Shown piece by piece: positions 55,301 to 64,000 of a DNA stretch of 64,000 nucleotides. The stretch is taken from NCBI RefSeq assembly GCF_009914755.1, contig NC_060947.1. The stretch is one strand, 5' to 3'. The notes beneath the pieces are model-generated. The model had not been told where the DNA came from. It was given only the letters and a program-made list of their open reading frames with translations, and made no database searches. This DNA is from the human T2T-CHM13v2.0 reference genome, Homo sapiens. The translations under genes were made by a program, and so were the position numbers. The first letter of the stretch is position 1. Every line of letters starts with the position of its first letter.

Positions 55301-57075
55301 GGTGCAGAGAAAGGAAGATGGGCAAGACTACTTGGGGCAAACCCTCTCTAGCTGCAAAATGGTCTACACCAAATTGAAGAGAAGGTGTAAAACCAAATTT
55401 GATGCAGACCTGGGTAAGTGTTACCCAATGGGTGTGGAGTGAAGAGGTACATCAAAGCCTAAGAATGGGGAAGTTTTTCAGGACAGTTGAGATTAAGTCA
55501 TTATTTTCAAAGAACTGAGCAAGATGATACAAATGATGCAGGCAGTCAGCAGTGCCTGGAAAAGGGCCAGCAGAACCAGGAAAAATGATTTAGGCCTGGG
55601 CCTCAATTTCAACAGAGACAGAGGAAAAAATTGAGCTTCCAGATTGAGGTCAATTAAATAGCCAACATCAGATGGTAGAGAAAGAGGTGAGAACTAAAGT
55701 CTGATGCTTACAAAGATTCCCAGGGGCCTAAATCAATTCCAGAGGCATAGCACACACTAGGCTATTTCCAGACTTCTACCTGTTAACAGAGAATGGTTCT
55801 CAATGGGCCAGGGCCATGTCAGGGCTCAGACTTCCTAGGCTGACACAAATAGGTGCAGCTAGAATGGAGCTAGGCTAGACGAGGACGTTCCATAGCCTCT
55901 CCAGCAGGAACATATATACTACTTTATTTTATCTATTATCCCCCTCAGATAAGCAAGTGGGTATTATTTTAGTTTTACAAATGGCTATTAAGTTACTTTC
56001 CAGAAGTCAAAAATTCAGAAGAAATCAAACCTAGGTCACCCAGATTTGACACCTAGGCTTATGCTCTTCCTGTAGAGTCATTCCACTGCTGGGATGTTTT
56101 GTTTTGTTTTGTTTGATACCTCAGTAGCTAAAATGGTCAACTGGCAGAAGTCATTCTGCAAAGCTTTATAATCCCAAATATTCTGTTAATTATCAAAACA
56201 GGAAATGAGTATTCCTAAACTGCTGTGCAAATGAGGTAATCAGCAAAGGCAGTATCTAATGTCTCAAGTATTTAATGGCCTTGGTAAGGTTAAAGGGCAT
56301 TAAATAGGAAAAACAAGAAGAATAAACAACCCTTTGACATTTAGTTTATATGTGTATGTACATGTACACACATGGTTTTAAACAAAATTCCCTGAATTTG
56401 GTAACAGTTTTTAAACATTCATGCAAATGTCACTTCTAAGGTTCTAAAGGCATTTTTTAAAAATCAAACCATCCCCACAAGACTGACTTGAAAAGTTATT
56501 TGGTAAAGTTGGCATATTGCGTAGAACATCAGTGTCCTATAAAGAACACACTCCGTGAGATAGAGGGCATCAAGATTGCCTGCTTTCCCCCAAATCCAGT
56601 TAGTTTGATAAAACTAATTTATGAACTCTGAATTCACCCTCTAGACTACCACAGATTCAACAGCAGGAAACCTGAGCTGAGATTCTCAGGGAACCCACAA
56701 GATTTGGAAAATACAGTTAGCAATATCAGGGTCTAGTCCCTAGAAACTTAACTGGAATTAACAATTAACACCAGTCATGAACAGAGACCACAGAGGTTAG
56801 CTGTGCCAGACTGTTTGGCATTCACTCATTCAAGAGTTACAGAGCAATAATGTGCCAAGCATTGTAGCTCACATTCTAATTAAAGGGATAGAAACCAGAA
56901 ACTATGAAATATTTACAGTACAGTGTGAGAAGAACAGTACACTATGATAGAGGTCATTGGCAGCAAAGGGAGCTCAGAGGAGAGAACAACAAACTCTACC
57001 TGTGCTGTCAAAATGGTGAGTATCTTCAAGCAGAGATGGTTTGGAGAACCACCCTGGCTCCTGATAATACCAAGT

Positions 57076-57795
57076 TGTAGAATAATAAAATATATATTTG
57101 ACATTTGTCCCGGGTTATCTGAACAGAGTGCCTAAAACCCTTGGAATTTCCCGAGTAATAGGAATGCCTTCTGTTATTCATAATGAGCCCCTTTCAACCA
57201 CACCTGAATTTATGCTAAAGAGGTGACTCTTGGAGGATAGGGGCTAGTGGCCAGAGGAACCAACCACTCAATTAGAGGGTTGGAACTTTCAGCCCCACCC
57301 CTGACCTCCAGGGATGGTAGAAGTTTCAGAGATTGAGTCAATCACCAATGGCCAATGATTTGATCGATCATGCCTACACAATGGAACCTCCACTTAAAAA
57401 AAACAAACCTAAACCAAAGGGTTCCAAGAGCTTCCACACTGAGGTGCTGGAAGGGCGGCATGTCTGAAGAGTGCATGGAAGGTCCACAACTCCCTACCCC
57501 ATACCTTTTGAATTGTATTTTTTTTTATAATAAATCGATAATAGTAAGTAGTGTTTTCCTGAGTTCTGTGAGTCATTCTATCAAATTATTGAAACTGAAG
57601 AGCCAGTTAGTCTGAAGCATTGGGACTTGCTACTGGCATCTGAAGTGGGGCAGTCTTGTGGGACTGAGCCCTTAACCTGCCATGTCTGTGCTAACTACAG
57701 ATAGTGTCATAATTGAATTGAATTGTTGGATGCCCAGTTGCTGTCAGAGAATCGGAGATTTAGAGAATTTGTTGGTATCAGAAAATACCCCAGAC
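57076..57795 (+). mobile_element. MER21-type LTR
   Basis: ctaaaacccttggaatttcc...attagagggttggaactttcagcccc...gcagtcttgtgggactgagcccttaacc. Confidence 0.8.
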
Positions 57796-57807
57796 GAGTC
57801 AACCGTC

Positions 57808-58371
57808 TGTGAAAATAAGTAAAATTTGAAAACTGTGGAATCCCAAAAAATAAGCTTTGAGAGAAATGTAACTGTGATTCAAGTCACAGATGGATACAAC
57901 TTCTGTTCTCAGTTTATACATTGACTCACTTTCTTATTGTTCTTGTTCTGTACAATTACTAGAGAGAATTAAACAATGTCAGGGACAAAAACCTCCTGCC
58001 TTCTTAACCAATGACTCTGTTATAGATTAACTTCCCCTCTGGTGTCCTGCTTTGCTCAAACTAGATGACAGAAAACCCATGATGATTACACTCTCTGTAA
58101 AAAATGCTAAATATATCCTTTCCAAAAAGAAACACTGACCATAACCAATCAAATTGCTATAACTAAGCACCAGCCTTGTATGAATAATGCTGTAATCCTG
58201 CTAAAAACTTCTCTGTCTCTGCCTGTATAAATGAAACCTTACCTTCCCTACTTCAGAATGTTGACTCCATTCCCTTGGAGTTGGTGTTTCTGAGGTCCAT
58301 CCTCACACATTGCACTTGAATAAACTCTCTTTAAATTAGATTTTTACCTTTTTGATTATTTGAGGTTGACA
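57808..58371 (+). mobile_element. ERV1 LTR (MER34/MER4 group)
   Basis: tgtgaaaataagt start; aataaactctctttaaattagat...gaggttgaca end. Confidence 0.7.
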
Positions 58372-58489
58372 CTTCTTTATAACACTTTCTGCATCAAACT
58401 CACAGAGCCTACCTTTTTGTAAAAGCCTAGGGCTTTTAGGAAGCTAATCAAGATAAAATTGTTGATGAACTTCAGCAGAGACTAATTAT

Positions 58490-58935
58490 GTCCCAGTGTC
58501 AAGTCTACTAATTTTCCTTTTATTATAGTGATAGAAACTCATGAGTTTTAGCTGTGTACATGGCCTCCAGTCTAGAGACTACATTTTCCAGATTCCTTTG
58601 CAGCTTGGTATGAAAATATGACTGAAATTTAGACAATGAGATGCAAGAAGTGATGTGTGCAACCTTTGAATCATGTTTTGACAAGAAAATCATTTCTCCT
58701 CTTCTTTCCCTCCCCCCAGCAGGCTGTAGCCCAGATGTAATAGTGGAAGCCATATTTAACCATATTGACAATGTCAACATACACTAGGAAGTGGCAAATC
58801 AACCAGGTAGAAGGACCCTAGGCCTTGAGTGACCTCCTGCAGCAGTGCTATCTTCCCATCTTTTTGTCTTTTGCTTGAGCTGTCATATTTTGAGGTTGCT
58901 TGATTATAGCAGTTTGCCCTGTAGCCTAATTAATA
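58490..58935. mobile_element. LTR33-like ERVL LTR
   Basis: gactacattttccagattcctttgcagct...gaagtgatgtgtgcaacc. Confidence 0.55.
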
Positions 58936-60894
58936 CGGAAACAAATATCCATTAAAGTGTTAATTGACATTATTTACTCTTCCCAAAGATATTTGCTCAT
59001 GGATTCCAAAAATCAAAGAATGTAGAAAATCCAAAGGGAAAATATGCTGATGGTGTTTCAAATCCAGTGACGGGCTGGAAATTTTTGTGTCTTGGTTTGT
59101 TTTTACTTCCCTTTAAATACTAGCATAACAGCAATTCCCTACTCTGCCACTCCATCAGGTTCAGTCCTGACTAATATTTCACATGTCTGTTTCTGACCTT
59201 AGCATGTGACTTCCTTAGGGGCAAGAAGTGTGCCTTACCTGCCTCTGTAAATCCATTTTCTAGAATATAGCATGTATTCAATAAATATTTATTAAATGTA
59301 ACCATATTTCCTCCCTTACTTTTTAAAACTTCCTCCACATATAATTTTATTTGAATAATGCAAATAACCAAATGACAAAGATAATAATAACTGTTATGGG
59401 CTGATATTGCTGATTTAAACTGCATGTCAGGCAGTATGTTCAATGACTACTCATGTTCTTTAGTCCTCACAATAACCCCATGATGTAGAAACTACTATTG
59501 GCATTTCCATTTTACGGAAGAGGAAACTAAGGCTCAGAAAAGTTAAATCATTTCCCCAAGATTTCACTTTTAGGAAGTGGCTGAAACGGGCATTTGAATC
59601 CAAGATTGCTTGATATCAAGACATTTTCTTAGCTACAACAGTCTGCCCCACTTTCTTCCAGAAACGGCCTGGCAATATGTAGGATGTCAAGGAGAAAAAT
59701 CATCCTGGATTTAAGAATTAGTTACAGATAATTAAGCCAACTTAAATTATACATTGTGGGTTACCAAGTCAGTAAAAATTATACTATGCTTGTGAAAAAC
59801 TTTTGCTAGTTTCCTGATTAATGAATACCTTCACCTTGAAAATCTGTACACAGGGAAAATTTGCAATCTGGTCTGCACCTTGGCACGGTTACCCAAAAAC
59901 TGAAGAAAACCGCCCTGGAATGAACATAAAGGGGCTGCTATTTTGTATAAATATTTCAGAGGACAATGAAAGAGAACATTATAGACACAAAATAGACTTT
60001 GCAACATCAGTTTGAATGTAGTAAATTATCATAAAATGTAATAATCAATTATATTTCTAAATTTGCTATTGTAAGAATATTCAAACATACACAAAAATAA
60101 AATTAATATAATGAAATCACATGTAACATTTATCTAGCTTCAACAATTATCAAGGTAACAAAATATTTATTAATTTATCCTCTCATGAAAACTGATACTC
60201 CAACGCTCAAAAGGCAGGAAGTATCGAATTCACAGAACCTTAAACTGGTATGACTGAAACAAATCTAAGAACTCTAGTCTAACTCCCTCTTTTACAGACA
60301 AGGAAATCGAGGCCTCAAAAGGAAAGAAGACCTAATCAGGGTTATTTAGTTAGTTAGTGACAAAGCCAATAATAGAATCAGTTTTCACTAGATCACACTA
60401 CCATTTAATAATAAATAATCTTTATTTGAATCATTTGAAAATAGTTAATGTAACATGGTAAAAACTCCTTTCTCCATAAATGCATGAAAACAAACTAGGA
60501 TATTCTTCAGCATTACCAAATATATATCTTTTTCTACGTATTTTTTCCAAGAATAGCAATTACAAAAAAATTCTTTTTTATTTGTCCCCCTTAGTGTCTA
60601 AAATGTGTTATAAAATAAACAGTTCTTCAATCAAAAGAGTTCAGAAAAGCAATCATATAAAATTTTGCCATAAAATCATGATCTTTCCTGGTTTGTTCTT
60701 GATAATGCTGAGACAGGAACGAACACATAATGAACTTGTTAATGAACTATCAACAGGAAACCAGAAGGTACACATGTGTGTCCTTGGATTGAGTCTTAAT
60801 AAAATTAAGAAGTTAAGTCCCAGCTGGAGAGTAGACAAGCAACAGAAAATCCCTAATAGCCACAATACACCATAATTTCAGAAAAACAAGCATC

Positions 60895-61747
<853 letters not shown>

Positions 61748-61814
61748 TGAAGACATGTTTTAGTTCTTTCCTAAGACTAAGACCTACTATCTCCCTAGGT
61801 TACTGCAATTTAGT

Positions 61815-62900
61815 GATTCGTTCATTCAGTCAGTCGTTTATTCAATTAATAATTATTAATTGAATTAATAATTAATTGAGTTCTGTACTAGGTAATTGGG
61901 ATATAGCAATGAACAAATAGACAAATTCCTACACTTGTTGAGTTTACATTCTAGTAGTGGAGAGAGACCATAAACAAATAAACAAGCAAAAATATGTTAA
62001 GTAATTATAAACCATCAAAAAAAAATCAGGTAAGAGGCTAGATAGACTGGTGGCCTGAGAGAACAAGGCTATTTTAGAAAGGATGATCAGGAACATCCTC
62101 GCTGAGGAAGGACCCATGAAGATAATTGAGTAGTGAGTGCTTCAGACAGAAGAAATAGCAAATGCAATGGTCCTGAAGTGGGACTGTAACTGGTGGGTTG
62201 TGGCAAAGAAGCCTGTGTTGCTGGGGCAGAGTAAGCAAGGAGGAAAGTAGAAGAAAGAAAGGTCAGAGAGGTAGAGGGGTCAGTTTGTATGGTGCCTTAT
62301 AGGCCGTTTAAAAGATTTCAGCTTTTAATCTAAGTGAGATGGTGAGCCTTGGAAGGTTTTGATCAGAGAGGTGAATGGTATTACTAATTTTTTAAAGATC
62401 ACTCAGCTGCTGAAGAGACAATAAGTTGGATGGATACGAAATGGAATCAGGGAGATGATTTAAGAAGCTCCTGAAATTGTCTAGTCAAGAGATGATGGTG
62501 ACTTGCACTATGATGGCAAAAAGTGCCATATTCTGAATACTTTTTGAACGTAGGGCTGGTATAATTTTCTAAAGGATTGGATGTGGGTTATGAGAGAGAG
62601 AGGTTAATCAAAAATGATGCCAAGGATTCCAGCCTAAGCAACTAAGTAAAGGGTGATGACATTTATTGAAATGAGGCACACTGGGGAAGAAGCAGGCTTA
62701 TTGTGAAAATAAAGAATTCAGTTTGGGACATGATAAGTTTGAGCTGCTCATTAGACTTTAAAGTAGAGATACAGAGTAGAGAGTGGTTACATGAGTCTGG
62801 AGCTTAGGGTGGAATTCAGTACTAGAGATAAAAAATTGTGGAGTTAGTAATATATAAATGTTACTTTAAAGCCCTGAGCCTGAATGAGATTGCCTAGTGG
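61815..62900 (-). mobile_element. L2 3' region
   Basis: ttcattcagtcagtc terminus; gaattcagtttgggacatgataagtttgag. Confidence 0.8.
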
Positions 62901-63431
62901 TCATTTATGTACCAGGCTTAGGCATAGGTATTTCTAAAACTAGAAAATTATGACTTCTAGAGAATTAACACACTACTGAAGATGAATATTTATTGATAGG
63001 AATAATTATTAAATATCACTAGGTAAAGTAAATGATGTTCATTGATTATAGTCTTTTCTGTCCTTTATTCTCAATTACAAAAGTATATTATCTGACATGG
63101 TAACCTGTCATACAAATTCTGCACTCTTTCTTTTAACCTACTCTATTTTAAACAATCAAAGCTTCAGCAATGTTAACACTACATTAGTAATAACCAAGCT
63201 TTTAAAAGCTACACAGTCTCATTCACTTTATAAGACTCATTATCTGAAAGTTCTTATACTTTTCTAGAATATTTCCTTGCCTGGCTCATTACATTACCAC
63301 ATCAAAATATGAGATTTTCTTACCTATAAATATCTCATTTTCTTCCTTTTCAATTCAAATTTGAAGACTGACTTTAAAATTTTGCACTAACATGACAACT
63401 ATGGAACAATAACTGAAGATTTTCCTGAAGA

Positions 63432-63590
63432 GGCCGGGCATGGTGGAGCACACATGCAGTCCCAGCTACTCAGGAGGCTGAGGCAGGAGTATCGGTTGAG
63501 CCCAAGTGTTTCACGCCAGGCTGGGCAACATAGCAAGACTCCACCTCTAAAAAATAATAATAGAAAAGTGCAAAATAAAATAAAATAAAA
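63432..63590 (+). mobile_element. FLAM-type Alu monomer
   Basis: Monomer with A-rich tail; TSD aag(a/g)ttttcctgaaga. Confidence 0.85.
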
Positions 63591-64000
63591 AGGTTTTCCT
63601 GAAGAGAGAGCTGTTCAAAGTTTTATAATCTCAGGACTCAAAAGACCCCTTTATAAAAAAGAAATACTTCTTCTTTCCTGTGTCACCAAATTGCTACACC
63701 AATTTTCTATTGGTGCTAGTTTCAGTAGATCTTTTTGGGGGATTCTCCATTAATCTTTGGGTGCTACATTTAAATGTTGAGAGCAAAGATGTATACCATC
63801 TTCCCTGGTTCTGAGCTGCTCTCTAGCAAACAGATGTAGCCCACATTTAGAAGAAGACACGGAGTAGCTGACAGAAATACAGATTTACCCACTAAATTAA
63901 TCAAACAAGTTTCATACCGTAGTATATTGGCCAAGAACATAAATCTGGAGCCAGTCTGCCTGGGTTTGAATCTCAGTTCCATCATTTACTGACTGTATGA

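Noticed and set aside
60480-60875. 131-aa ORF next to the duplication
   Set aside because: AT-rich, K/N/I-biased chance ORF with no domain or splice support.

Overview
AT-rich, repeat-dense primate (almost certainly human) genomic DNA containing the complete IL13RA2 gene (interleukin-13 receptor alpha 2) on the minus strand. It has 10 exons from about 28348 to about 14681, and nine coding exons with GT-AG boundaries join into 1143 nt (380 aa plus stop). The rest is mostly transposable-element relics: an internally deleted HERV-L/MLT2A provirus, MER41, MER31, MER50-group, MER21, MST/MLT and LTR33-like LTRs, L1, L2, MIR, Tigger/MER47 DNA transposons, about 16 Alus including a young AluYa5, and a U6 retrocopy. 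Repeat subfamily names come from recalled consensus motifs and are approximate. I found no evidence for a new multi-gene system. The most unusual structures are an Alu flanked by a ~265-bp direct duplication (a candidate giant target-site duplication), a 46-bp near-perfect hairpin inside the last-intron Alu of IL13RA2, template-switch scars in HERV-L gag, and tandem RFX X-boxes plus a CTCF motif at the IL13RA2 promoter.
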